Shown here: positions 52,007-61,041 of the stretch, one piece after another
Numbering within the stretch: position 1 is the stretch's first letter
Layout of the letters: each line of letters starts with the position of its first letter
DNA from: a virus
Direction: 5' to 3' (one strand)
DNA length: 64,000 nucleotides
IMG/VR virus record: IMGVR_UViG_3300036760_001538
Span: 2,556-66,555 of that record
The notes under the pieces: generated by a model
Database searches by the model: none
Told to the model about the DNA's origin: nothing
What the model saw: the letters and a program-made list of their open reading frames with translations, nothing else
Position numbers and translations under genes: made by a program

Positions 52007-52249
52007 ATGGTCGAGTATCTCAAGTACGGTGCGACGGGGTTGATCGCCGTCATCATCCTGGTGGTGATGGTGCCGGTCATCCGCGCCTTCATCGAGGAAC
52101 TCAAGGAGAGCCGCCGCGAGCGCCAGGAGATGAGAAAGGAGCACAACGACTTCGTCATCAACCACGCCCGCCATACCACCGAGGCCCTGCTCCAGGTGAA
52201 GGACGGACTGGAGCAGGTGTGTCGTCGGCTCAACGGTGAGAAAGAATGA
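52007..52249 (+). CDS. Holin-like membrane protein
   Basis: One N-terminal TM helix plus coiled coil; directly upstream of the endolysin. Confidence 0.6.
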   Translation: MVEYLKYGATGLIAVIILVVMVPVIRAFIEELKESRRERQEMRKEHNDFVINHARHTTEALLQVKDGLEQVCRRLNGEKE

Positions 52250-52722
52250 AGCCCTGGAAACCAACGAAAGCAGCCCACCTGCTGGTGCTTGCGCTCAAGG
52301 AAGTCGGCAAGCCGTATGTGCTCGGAAGTGAGGGACAGCCGGAAGAATCACTTCGCACCTGGGACTGCTCCGAACTGGTGCAGCACTTGCTCGCCCAGGT
52401 CGGCGTCATGCAGGTGACGGATTCAAAGGGGCGAGTCACTAACATCGCCGCGTTCGACGGCGCTGGCTTCCAGTGGGAGCGGACGCGCTCAATTCCCTTT
52501 GAGGCCGGTGTGAAACTCCCTGGCGCTCTGCTCTTCATACAGTCGGCCTCCGCCTACCCGCGCAAGCCCCACAAGATCGGTCACGTGGCGATCTCGTTGG
52601 GAAAGAGCTACATCCTGGAGGCGCGCGGTCGCGCCTATGGCGTGACCATCGGGCCAGTCCGACCCTCGTTCAACCTCGCCAGCAAAGTGCAGGAGCTGTA
52701 CGCCCCAGCAGTGCTGGGGTGA
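52246..52722 (+). CDS. NlpC/P60 peptidoglycan endopeptidase (endolysin)
   Basis: GKPYVLG...WDCSELV...GHVAISLG. Confidence 0.85.
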   Translation: MKPWKPTKAAHLLVLALKEVGKPYVLGSEGQPEESLRTWDCSELVQHLLAQVGVMQVTDSKGRVTNIAAFDGAGFQWERTRSIPFEAGVKLPGALLFIQSASAYPRKPHKIGHVAISLGKSYILEARGRAYGVTIGPVRPSFNLASKVQELYAPAVLG

Positions 52723-52757
52723 CTTCACAGCCCGAAAGGGCAGAAGGGAAGAACAGA

Positions 52758-53000
52758 ATGTGGACGTGGATGAAGTACCTCTATCTCGCCATCCGGTTGG
52801 GGACTCTCTGGGAGAACCTCAGGGGCATCCGCTCGGGCGACCCTTCAACCACCAGCGAGTCCTACCAGCCGGCCGCGGCCGCCATCCTGGATGATCCTGG
52901 GGTGCAGCGGTGGCTGGGCCGGCTCTCGCCAGAGGAGCAGGCGCGCTTCACCGAGGGCCTGCCGGTCTTCGTCTGGGGGCTGGACGCGCTCACCGAGTAG
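52758..53000 (+). CDS. Hypothetical protein
   Basis: ORF after the endolysin; start uncertain. Confidence 0.5.
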   Translation: MWTWMKYLYLAIRLGTLWENLRGIRSGDPSTTSESYQPAAAAILDDPGVQRWLGRLSPEEQARFTEGLPVFVWGLDALTE

Positions 53001-53027
53001 GGCAGCCGCGGCAGAATCAGGAGGACA

Positions 53028-53059
53028 GGCCCCGCTAAGCCGCGGCGGGGTCTTTCTTT
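53028..53059 (+). terminator. Intrinsic terminator ending the late operon
   Basis: GGCCCCGC...GCGGGGTC followed by TTTCTTT. Confidence 0.65.
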
Positions 53060-53233
53060 CTGCCTCACCCCCTCAGAAACCACTCACTTCGGCCTTGACT
53101 TCCTTGGCGAACAGCGTGATTCATGTGTCGCCCGGACGGAACGGGCCTCAGAAAGGACCACGGGTTCTGGCGAATTGCAGGCATGACTCACATGAGCGGC
53201 GAGGAGCCGCCAGAAAGTAGGGACGGCAAGAAG

Positions 53234-54190
53234 ATGGGTCAGAAGCAGATAGCAAGCAGCAAAGCGGAAGCTTACCGATTCGGTTGTGAGATAGAGTGCT
53301 TCCTGCCCGATCAGGCGATCAGGGATCTCCGCATCAGCATCGGCGCCTATCACCACGGTCACCCGCTGCCCTCGCCCTTCCCGCAGGGCTGGACAGCGGA
53401 GGGTGATGGCAGCCTGCGCACCGACCGCCGCGGTTACGTGCCCGTCGAGATTGTGAGCCCGATACTCCAGGGGCGTGCCGGAATCGAGCAGGTCAAGCAG
53501 GTGGCGCAGACGCTCAAGGGCCTGGGGGCAGTCGTGAATACCACAGCGGGGCTTCACGTGCACTGCTCAGCGGAGGCCGTCGCCGGCGAGAGCTTCACTA
53601 AGGTCGCCGAGTGGGTGGCCAAGCTCCTCTACCACGTGGCGATGCACGAGACGGCGCTCTATGCCTCCACCGGAACCCACCGCCGAGAGAACGGCGGCTA
53701 TGCCCGCAGCATCAAGGCGCAGAAGAACGCCGCCGATAGGGTGCGCCGCGCTCCCGATACTCGCAAGCGGGAAGCGCTCCAGGATGCAGTCTACGGACTG
53801 GCTCGCTATCACACGCTCAACCTCACCAACCTCTTCACTCGCAAGGCCACCGTCGAGTTCCGCCACGGTGCCGGGACGGTCGAGTGGACGAAGATGGTGG
53901 CCCACATCCAGATGGCGCTCGCCCTCTGCGAGCGGGCCACCGAGACCGCGAAGATGGACTGGGACGCCCTCGCCAGCGAGCGCACCTACCACGTAAGGGG
54001 CAAGGGCCTGCGGGAACTCAACCGGTTCTTCTACCTGGCGGGCTGGACGCTGGGCCGGCGGGATGTGGGCAAGCCGCAGGTGGAGATGGCCGGCTGGATT
54101 GCTGACCTGGCTGACCTGAAGCCGGTGAAACGGGAATTGAAGCGGCTCGCGCGCCGGTATGATTCTGCGGCGACGGAAAGGGCGGCCTGA
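53234..54190 (+). CDS. Amidoligase (COOH-NH2 ligase) family protein
   Basis: FGCEIEC, DGSL, EIVSPIL, GLHVH, RYHTLNL, TVEFR. Confidence 0.88.
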   Translation: MGQKQIASSKAEAYRFGCEIECFLPDQAIRDLRISIGAYHHGHPLPSPFPQGWTAEGDGSLRTDRRGYVPVEIVSPILQGRAGIEQVKQVAQTLKGLGAVVNTTAGLHVHCSAEAVAGESFTKVAEWVAKLLYHVAMHETALYASTGTHRRENGGYARSIKAQKNAADRVRRAPDTRKREALQDAVYGLARYHTLNLTNLFTRKATVEFRHGAGTVEWTKMVAHIQMALALCERATETAKMDWDALASERTYHVRGKGLRELNRFFYLAGWTLGRRDVGKPQVEMAGWIADLADLKPVKRELKRLARRYDSAATERAA

Positions 54191-54191
54191 G

Positions 54192-54917
54192 ATGTGCGGG
54201 GTCTTCGGATTCGCAGGCACCCTGAGCCGCCGCGAGTGGGCGCTCGCCCATCGCCTGATGGTGGAACTCGCGATTGCCTCCGAGGAGCGCGGGACAGACG
54301 CGGCCGGCTTCGCCGCTCTCACCGCCAGCGGCGAGCTCCTCTGGCAGCGGCAGCCAGGGCCGGCGCGGCTGCTCTTCCGGGGCAAAGAGTTCGCTGCGCT
54401 CCGGCGCAGGAGCGTGGTCGTGGCCATCGGCCACACGCGGCTCGCCACTACGGGAGCGCCCGCAGTCAACGGGAATAACCACCCTCATCTGGCAGGTGAC
54501 TTCCGCGGGGGGCGGGCGTGGGCGGTCGTGCACAACGGATTCATCCCGCTACACGACCGCAAGGCGGCCGCGCTCGGCATTCGCCTCAAGTCCCAGTGCG
54601 ACTCGGAGATTCTCGCGCAAGTCCTCGACCGCTACGGCGAGGCGGAAGGGCCGGACGTGTGCTTGGCCCTCGGTGGCAAGCAGTCCGTACTCGCCATCAA
54701 CGGCACTGCCCACGCGATGCTTGCCTGGACGAACGGGGAGATGCCCCTGGTCGCCTTTCGCGTCGAGGATATGCCCGCTGTCTGGTGGGCGTCCACGGAG
54801 GAGATAGCGGAGAAAGCGCTGTGCGAGGCGGGGCTGCTGGCGAGCTTCGCACGGGTCGAGCCGGGCGTGGTCTATCGCCTGGAAGCCACGACCGACCTGG
54901 CATGGGAGGGGCTGTGA
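54192..54917 (+). CDS. Class II glutamine amidotransferase
   Basis: MCGVFG, RGTDAAG, GHTRLATTG, NNHP, HNG, DSE. Confidence 0.88.
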   Translation: MCGVFGFAGTLSRREWALAHRLMVELAIASEERGTDAAGFAALTASGELLWQRQPGPARLLFRGKEFAALRRRSVVVAIGHTRLATTGAPAVNGNNHPHLAGDFRGGRAWAVVHNGFIPLHDRKAAALGIRLKSQCDSEILAQVLDRYGEAEGPDVCLALGGKQSVLAINGTAHAMLAWTNGEMPLVAFRVEDMPAVWWASTEEIAEKALCEAGLLASFARVEPGVVYRLEATTDLAWEGL

Positions 54918-55597
54918 TGCGGGAGTTTCTGTATCACGGGACAACGGAGGGCGCGGTGAAGGCGATTCTGCAGGACGGAATCATGCCGCGCCGCGGCGAG
55001 CGGCCAAGCACATGGGGCACCGTGCCGTCGGCCCCTGACCGAGTATACCTGGCCGAGGGATACGCACCCTATTTCGCGGCCGCAGCCGCGGCGGAAGGCG
55101 AGCGGCACGCGCTGGTAGAGGTGAGGCTGGCTGCCCTGGACGAGCGCCTGCTGCGACCCGATGAAGACTTCATCGCCCAGGTGCTCAAACGACAGGAACC
55201 GGGTTGCCGCGAGATGTCCTGGGCTGACCTCAACCGCCTGGTGTTGTCGCTTGGGCGATGGGACGGGCTTTGGAAGGAGTCCCTGCAAGCCCTGGGAACC
55301 TGCGCCTACGCCGAGACGATTCCGACCGAGGCCATCAGCCGTGTCGCCCTTTATGACCCGGCTGACAACCCCCAGATGGCGATGGCGGCGCTGGACCCGG
55401 CGATCTCCGTGCTCAACTGGCAGCTATGCGCCGAGAAATACCGGCTCCTCACACGTTGGCACATGGGCGACGAGTTGACCTTGGATGAGTGGCTGGAGGT
55501 GGAACCGGGCTTGAGGTCTCTTCTCGGGGAGGAGCACGTGTCGCAGATTGCTGCCGCGCTGAGGCGCCAGAGGATTGAGGTGAGGTGGAACCGATGA
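54917..55597 (+). CDS. ADP-ribosyltransferase-fold protein
   Basis: LYHGT...ILQDGIMPR...VYLA...LLRPDED. Confidence 0.65.
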   Translation: MREFLYHGTTEGAVKAILQDGIMPRRGERPSTWGTVPSAPDRVYLAEGYAPYFAAAAAAEGERHALVEVRLAALDERLLRPDEDFIAQVLKRQEPGCREMSWADLNRLVLSLGRWDGLWKESLQALGTCAYAETIPTEAISRVALYDPADNPQMAMAALDPAISVLNWQLCAEKYRLLTRWHMGDELTLDEWLEVEPGLRSLLGEEHVSQIAAALRRQRIEVRWNR

Positions 55598-55818
55598 CTG
55601 CTACCCAGGCAAAGGAACGCATCGAGCGGCACCTGCTCGGCAAGGGCTACAGCCGCAAAGAGGGTCAGAAGCACACCTATCTCGTCCACCCTGACGGGTC
55701 GGCGCGCTACATGCTGACCAGCCGCACGATCAAGCGCCAGAAGCGCTTCGAAGACGGCTGGGTGAACGTGAGTCGCGCCGCCTCGCTCATCGAGGTGGCC
55801 AGGAGGTTGGGAGAGTGA
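55594..55818 (+). CDS. Hypothetical protein
   Basis: ATGA overlap; GAGG RBS. Confidence 0.55.
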   Translation: MTATQAKERIERHLLGKGYSRKEGQKHTYLVHPDGSARYMLTSRTIKRQKRFEDGWVNVSRAASLIEVARRLGE

Positions 55819-56048
55819 TGTGGGTCGAGCCGATGGGCAGCGACAACCAGGGCGAGGACAAGCGGCACCCCGATGAAGCCTTGTGGCGACGCATTCGAGA
55901 GGCCATCTACAAGGCCGTGTACGCGGTCTTCAAGCCGCCTCCACCGGACGTCATCGAGAAGATAGAGGACGTCCTCGGGAGAGCGGAACGCGAGTGGAAG
56001 AAGGAGGAAGAAGAGCAATGCCAAGACGAAGCCAACGGGAAGCAGTAG
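55818..56048 (+). CDS. Hypothetical protein
   Basis: Coupled to the previous gene. Confidence 0.5.
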   Translation: MWVEPMGSDNQGEDKRHPDEALWRRIREAIYKAVYAVFKPPPPDVIEKIEDVLGRAEREWKKEEEEQCQDEANGKQ

Positions 56049-56428
56049 CAGAGAGGGCGGAAGCCCGGCTGGAGGAGCAGCGTCAGCGTCGTCGGGAAGC
56101 GGCGCAACGAGGCGCACAGACGCGCCGACAACGGCGCGAAGCGCAGGCAGCCGATCCACAGCCGCAGGGCGGGGCCGAAAGCCGCACACAGGGGCACGTG
56201 GCCCGCCGTTCGCGGCCCCGTGCGCACCCCGACCTTCTGACGGTGGCAATCCGCGGCCACTTCGCCGAGCGAATGCGGGCACTGTCCGAGAGCAGTGGGA
56301 TGAGCCTGGCGAAGATCCTCAAGGACGCCCTGCTCGTCTACGAGCGCGAGGTCGAGGGCGGCTATGAACCAGGCACGAGCCTGCGGAGGTGGCAAGAGAA
56401 CGCGGCAGAGGGCGGAGAGCAAACATAG
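56018..56428 (+). CDS. Putative DNA-binding protein (ribbon-helix-helix-like C-terminus)
   Basis: LTVAIRGHFAERMRALSESSGMSLAKILKDAL. Confidence 0.55.
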   Translation: MPRRSQREAVAERAEARLEEQRQRRREAAQRGAQTRRQRREAQAADPQPQGGAESRTQGHVARRSRPRAHPDLLTVAIRGHFAERMRALSESSGMSLAKILKDALLVYEREVEGGYEPGTSLRRWQENAAEGGEQT

Positions 56429-56493
56429 CAGTGCTACATCCGCTTGGAACTCACCGGGTTTCCGGTGGGCCCTCGTCATGGAGGCAAGACGTA

Positions 56494-56585
56494 GACTGTG
56501 AAAAACTGTGATGGATCTGCGATATCGGTAATTAACTGAAATTAACTGATCTACTCTTGACAAAACTGTGCTTCTCTAGGATAAT
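56494..56585 (+). promoter_or_regulatory. Promoter with 10-bp phased direct repeats
   Basis: TTGACA (56557), 17 bp, GATAAT (56580); ACTG at 56495, 56505, 56535, 56545, 56565; AATTAACTGA twice at 56530-56549. Confidence 0.65.
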
Positions 56586-56628
56586 ACGCCAAATACTGGA
56601 GAACACTATCGTGAACTTGGCCTCTGCA

Positions 56629-56901
56629 ATGGGCAATGGGCCTGAGCTGCTGACCGTTAAGGAGGCAGCTGATCTGCTGCGAATGAACCCGAGCTACTTG
56701 GCGAGTCGGCTCGCGGCTGGCGAATATCCAGTAGAGGTAGCGTTTCGAGTGGGCCGTACTTGGCGGGTGGATCGCGCTCGCCTGCTAGAGTGGTTCCAGA
56801 ACCGAGAGCAGCTCAGGCGACGCGCCGGCAGTAGGAAGGCTACAGCTGCGGCTCCTTCTCTTGCCAATATGGCGAACGGCAAGCGTAGGAGGCGGGCATG
56901 A
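56629..56901 (+). CDS. Xis/HTH_17-like DNA-binding protein
   Basis: LLTVKEAADLLRM...FRVGRTWRVDRARLLEW. Confidence 0.8.
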   Translation: MGNGPELLTVKEAADLLRMNPSYLASRLAAGEYPVEVAFRVGRTWRVDRARLLEWFQNREQLRRRAGSRKATAAAPSLANMANGKRRRRA

Positions 56902-58496
56902 GGGTCCTTCTTGTTGAGCCTGAGTATCGGCGGTTGTCTGCCTCGAAAAAGCGACTTGCTTCGGAGCCCTGCGTTGCGCCTTCCGTAGATGCGCGTGAGT
57001 CGCGAGACGACGAAACCCTCTGGTACCCCCCTTTGGGTCTGATGAAGCTCTCCCGATTCCACAAGGACCGCGGCGATGAAGTGCGCTTCGCGAGCGGCTG
57101 CGATCCGAGCATCGCCGTACAGCAGACTCTTCTCTCTCCGCCGGCGTTGTGGGACAGAGTCTACATCACCACCCTCTTCACTTACGACTTCGCTAAGATC
57201 GTGGAAACCATCAAGTTCTACAAGAACGCCGTAGGAGGAACCTCTCATCGGGTTTACGTCGGTGGCATCATGGCATCACTCATGCCGGACGCCGTGTATG
57301 AGGAGACCGGCATCTATCCCATCACCGGAGTATTGCATTCGCCCGCGCCTCTCGGTCTAGATGACGACGTTGACATCGACGCGTTGCCGCCGGACTACGA
57401 CATCGTCGACCCCCGCCTATATGCCGTCAATGACACTTATTACGGCTACACATCGCGAGGGTGCGTTAACACGTGTCCCTGGTGCGGAGTGCCGAAGGTC
57501 GAACCTGAGTTCGTTCCCTATATTGATATCAAGCCGGTCATCTGGGCGCTGCGAGCTCGGTACGGCGACAAGGCCAAGCTCAAGCTGATGGACAACAACG
57601 TACTGGCCTCACCGGCACTAGAGCAGATCGTGGCCGACCTTCTGAAACTCGGCTATGGCAAGGAGCAGTACACGGACACCGAATCCAAGAGGGCTAGGGT
57701 CATCGATTTCAACCAGGGCTTGGACGCCACGTTCATCACCGAAGAGCGGATCAGGCTCTTGGCACAACTGAACATCAAGCCGGTACGGATAGCGTTCGAC
57801 CGGGTCAGGGAGAAAGCGACTTATATGCGCGCGGTGGAGCTTGCACAGAAGTGCGGCTTCACGCAGTTCTCGAACTACATGCTCTACAACTTCGATGACT
57901 CCCCACGGGATCTATATGAGCGGCTCCTCGTTAACATCGGCATCAACAGGCAGTGGTTGGGTGAGGACGGTAACCGAGCAGGCGAGATCTATAGCTACCC
58001 AATGCGATATGCCCCGATAGATGAAACAAACGGCTCTAAGACAAGGGAGCGCCGCGATCATGTCCCTGCGGTGATGACAGAATCACGAGACTGGTTGCAG
58101 AACCCTGCGTGGACAAGGCGGTTCATTCGGAATGTCGCGATCATGACGGGTGCTGCGCACGGTGCCATTTCCCCGACCCCAAGCCTCGCACTCCGCACCA
58201 TTGGTGAGTCATTCGAGGAATTCGTGGCGAATCTCTACATGCCAGAGGAGCTTCTGCGGAACAGGAACAAGCACGAGCGCCGGCTCTATGAACATGAGCC
58301 AACTCGTGAGCCAGGCACTGGGCTGGTAGAGGGATTTCGTCAGTTCATCCTGCGCCTACTAGCCAAGCAAGGCGACGTTTTTCGTGCCTTCCATGAGGCG
58401 GTGTCGGAAAACCGCGCTGAGGCCGTAAAGCGCTATCGGAACGAATGCACGGACGAAGAGACTCGGAAATGGCTAGATCTGTACCTGAAGAGATAG
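56898..58496 (+). CDS. Radical SAM enzyme with B12-binding-like N-terminus
   Basis: YPPLGLMKLS...VGGIMASL; TSRGCVNTCPWC (CxxxCxxC); MDNN, DFNQGLDA. Confidence 0.88.
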   Translation: MRVLLVEPEYRRLSASKKRLASEPCVAPSVDARESRDDETLWYPPLGLMKLSRFHKDRGDEVRFASGCDPSIAVQQTLLSPPALWDRVYITTLFTYDFAKIVETIKFYKNAVGGTSHRVYVGGIMASLMPDAVYEETGIYPITGVLHSPAPLGLDDDVDIDALPPDYDIVDPRLYAVNDTYYGYTSRGCVNTCPWCGVPKVEPEFVPYIDIKPVIWALRARYGDKAKLKLMDNNVLASPALEQIVADLLKLGYGKEQYTDTESKRARVIDFNQGLDATFITEERIRLLAQLNIKPVRIAFDRVREKATYMRAVELAQKCGFTQFSNYMLYNFDDSPRDLYERLLVNIGINRQWLGEDGNRAGEIYSYPMRYAPIDETNGSKTRERRDHVPAVMTESRDWLQNPAWTRRFIRNVAIMTGAAHGAISPTPSLALRTIGESFEEFVANLYMPEELLRNRNKHERRLYEHEPTREPGTGLVEGFRQFILRLLAKQGDVFRAFHEAVSENRAEAVKRYRNECTDEETRKWLDLYLKR

Positions 58497-60028
58497 GAAA
58501 ACCGATTCCGGTTCGGGGGACCCTTGGAGCCCAGCTCCTGGAGGTAGTCACTGCCGGGATGTATAGTGACCCCAGGATGATTCTCAGGGAGTACATTCAG
58601 AACGCGGTGGATTCGCTTGACCTAGCAGAGGAGAAGGGTGTGATTGGGTCGACCGAGGGGATTGTCGACATTCGCCTGGAGGGGCAAGCGAGGACAATCA
58701 CGATCGAGGACAACGGCCTCGGAGTCCCCCTCGATGAGCTGTCCGAAAGGCTGGGCAGCCTTGGGCGCAGCGAGAAGGAGGGTATGAGGTGCAGAGGCTT
58801 TCGAGGGATCGGGCGACTCGGCGGCCTGGCCTACTGCGATGAGATCAGATTCGAGACCAGAGCGGACCGTGATCGGAAGATTGGTATTGTAACCTGGGAC
58901 GGTGTGGCTACCAGGGAGTTGATTCGGGAGACTCGAGGCAGGGGCAGGCTCGCCGACATAGTGCAGCGTGTCGCCAGCACATATGCTCGAAGGCCGTCCT
59001 CCGCTGATCCGTCGCGCTTCTTCCGCGTCACGCTTTCGAAGGTGCGGCCTTTTCATAGTGACGATTTGATGAACCTACACCGAGTGCGGGACTATCTCTC
59101 GCAGGTCGCACCTGTCCCGTTCGACCGAGAGCGATTCCGGTTTGCGGACGCGATAGACGAGCGGCTTAACGACCTTCCTGGGTATCGCAGCTATGAGATC
59201 CGCGTCAATGACCGCCGGATATGCCGACCATATAGCGATCAAATCCCGGTGAACGATGCGCGCACTGAGCGAATCCAGGCGGTTGAGCAAATGGATTTTG
59301 AGGGAGCCGATGGAAGGCTGATGGGTCGCGGCTGGTACGCGATCACCGATCTCTGCGCTGCCTTCCCCCCTAGTCTGATCGCGCGCGGTATCCGAATGCG
59401 GCAAGGCAACATAGGAGTCGGTGAGGAGTCCTTCCTGGAGCACTGCTTCACCGAGCGGCGCTTCGCCGCCTGGCACATCGGCGAGATACACGTGGACACA
59501 GGCATCCGGCCAAACGCCCGGCGCGACGGTTTTGAGCACTCGGCGGATTACGAGCGGTTCCTGGAACAGGCGCGAGTATTGGGGACTCACCTGAGTGCCC
59601 TATGCAGACGTTCATCCAAGAACAGAAGCATGGTCCGAACCGTGGGCGCACGACTCCTTGAACTCGAGCGGCAGGTCAGCGCAATGTTGTTCCCTAACCA
59701 GACACACTTGGAGTCGTTTCTGACCGGCTTCGACCGGTGCCTGCTCGACCTAGAGACGCGCATGGGAACGCTTGATGTAGACCATGGCTTGCGCGACCGT
59801 CTGCGCAGATTGAGGCGCAGGGCGGACGACATCCGTCGATGCCCAAGATACCTGTCGGACTCGCTCGACCGCCGCAAGCTCCGTCAGCTAGAGCCGGCCG
59901 AACTGCTGAAGCGGATCAGCGAGTCCATTTTGGCCGATCCGGCCAACGGCCTTGCATCCAAAGAGCTGCTGAGGACCATACTGGACCCGTATCTGAAGCC
60001 GTCTCTCCGAAGGCGGCTCCGTCACTAG
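58469..60028 (+). CDS. GHKL (Hsp90/MutL/MORC-like) ATPase
   Basis: REYIQNAVD, IEDNGLG, GFRGIGRLGG, PNARRDGF. Confidence 0.88.
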   Translation: MARSVPEEIGKPIPVRGTLGAQLLEVVTAGMYSDPRMILREYIQNAVDSLDLAEEKGVIGSTEGIVDIRLEGQARTITIEDNGLGVPLDELSERLGSLGRSEKEGMRCRGFRGIGRLGGLAYCDEIRFETRADRDRKIGIVTWDGVATRELIRETRGRGRLADIVQRVASTYARRPSSADPSRFFRVTLSKVRPFHSDDLMNLHRVRDYLSQVAPVPFDRERFRFADAIDERLNDLPGYRSYEIRVNDRRICRPYSDQIPVNDARTERIQAVEQMDFEGADGRLMGRGWYAITDLCAAFPPSLIARGIRMRQGNIGVGEESFLEHCFTERRFAAWHIGEIHVDTGIRPNARRDGFEHSADYERFLEQARVLGTHLSALCRRSSKNRSMVRTVGARLLELERQVSAMLFPNQTHLESFLTGFDRCLLDLETRMGTLDVDHGLRDRLRRLRRRADDIRRCPRYLSDSLDRRKLRQLEPAELLKRISESILADPANGLASKELLRTILDPYLKPSLRRRLRH

Positions 60029-60042
60029 GCGACCGCTGGCAT

Positions 60043-61038
60043 CTACGCGAATCTGGAGAGGAGCTTAGCTACGGCATCCCTGATCTTCTTCAACTCATAG
60101 ATGCACTTCTTCAGATGATCCTCACTCATCTCGTGAAAGTCGTCTCTCGTGTCCGGGTCACATATGTGATCGCGGAATTTCTTCAGTCTCTTCACCCATT
60201 CGTTCGTCGCTCCGCGACTTACCGCCCGCTCGTAGCACCTCTCGAGACTCCCCTTTGTTCCGATGAAGGTCGCGAGGGTCTTGCCCCCTGCACGACAGAT
60301 GGCCGTGACCTTTTCCCGAACGTCGACTGCTCGGGGTATCTCACCTGACTTTATCTTCTGGACGATCACCTTATCGAACGTTGGCTCTGTCCTCCGCGCC
60401 CTCCTGATGTACTGGGACTTCAGGAGTTCGTCGTAGTAGCTCCATCTCGAGACGTCATTGTCGCCATGTTCCCTCATGTAGGAATAGACCATAATCAGGT
60501 GCGACACGAGCTTGGCTGAGAGGCCCATCTCCGATGCGATTCTCGATGCATCAACGCCATGAACCTTACAGCGGCGCCACAGGTAACCGGCCTGTTCGTA
60601 CGGAGCCCAGTCTTTGCGACCGATTATGTGATACTCGCCCAGTAGGGCGAACACAACGTCGTCGCTCACGTCGGAGGGCAGGAGCTTCACCTTGATCTTG
60701 CCCCACTTGATCGGGTCCCCTTTAGCCAGCACCCGATAGGCTGCTAGTCGGCTGTTCCCTTCGAGCACGACGAAGTCGCCATCCCTGACCAGGACCGGGT
60801 CGGTTAGGCCACCGTTAGCCTTGATTGACTGGACCAACGCCTTTACATGGTCCACCGAGCTCAAACGCCGCTCGATCTCAGCCTGTGATGCCTCCTCCTC
60901 TCCGTTGAGTATGGAGTAGACTCTCGGGTTTTCAGTGTAGAATTGCAGTTGGGTCTGGCGCATGTGCCCGCACCGGACTACAATCTCCTGGTTTGCTATC
61001 GTAAGCGAATCCTCAATCCATTGGACTCTTTCCATCAC
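60043..61038 (-). CDS. ParB/Srx-like protein
   Basis: NPR...SIKANGGLTDPVLV...VLEGNSRLAA...WAPYEQAGYL. Confidence 0.8.
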   Translation of the reverse strand: MMERVQWIEDSLTIANQEIVVRCGHMRQTQLQFYTENPRVYSILNGEEEASQAEIERRLSSVDHVKALVQSIKANGGLTDPVLVRDGDFVVLEGNSRLAAYRVLAKGDPIKWGKIKVKLLPSDVSDDVVFALLGEYHIIGRKDWAPYEQAGYLWRRCKVHGVDASRIASEMGLSAKLVSHLIMVYSYMREHGDNDVSRWSYYDELLKSQYIRRARRTEPTFDKVIVQKIKSGEIPRAVDVREKVTAICRAGGKTLATFIGTKGSLERCYERAVSRGATNEWVKRLKKFRDHICDPDTRDDFHEMSEDHLKKCIYELKKIRDAVAKLLSRFA

Positions 61039-61041
61039 GGC

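Larger units (their letters stand above)
1..56428 (+). mobile_element. Temperate phage/prophage region, siphovirus-like (boundaries approximate; left end lies outside the window)
   Basis: Contiguous, mostly + strand modules for immunity, replication, methylation, terminase, portal, capsid, tail, tape measure and lysis; no integrase or att site seen inside the window. Confidence 0.9.
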
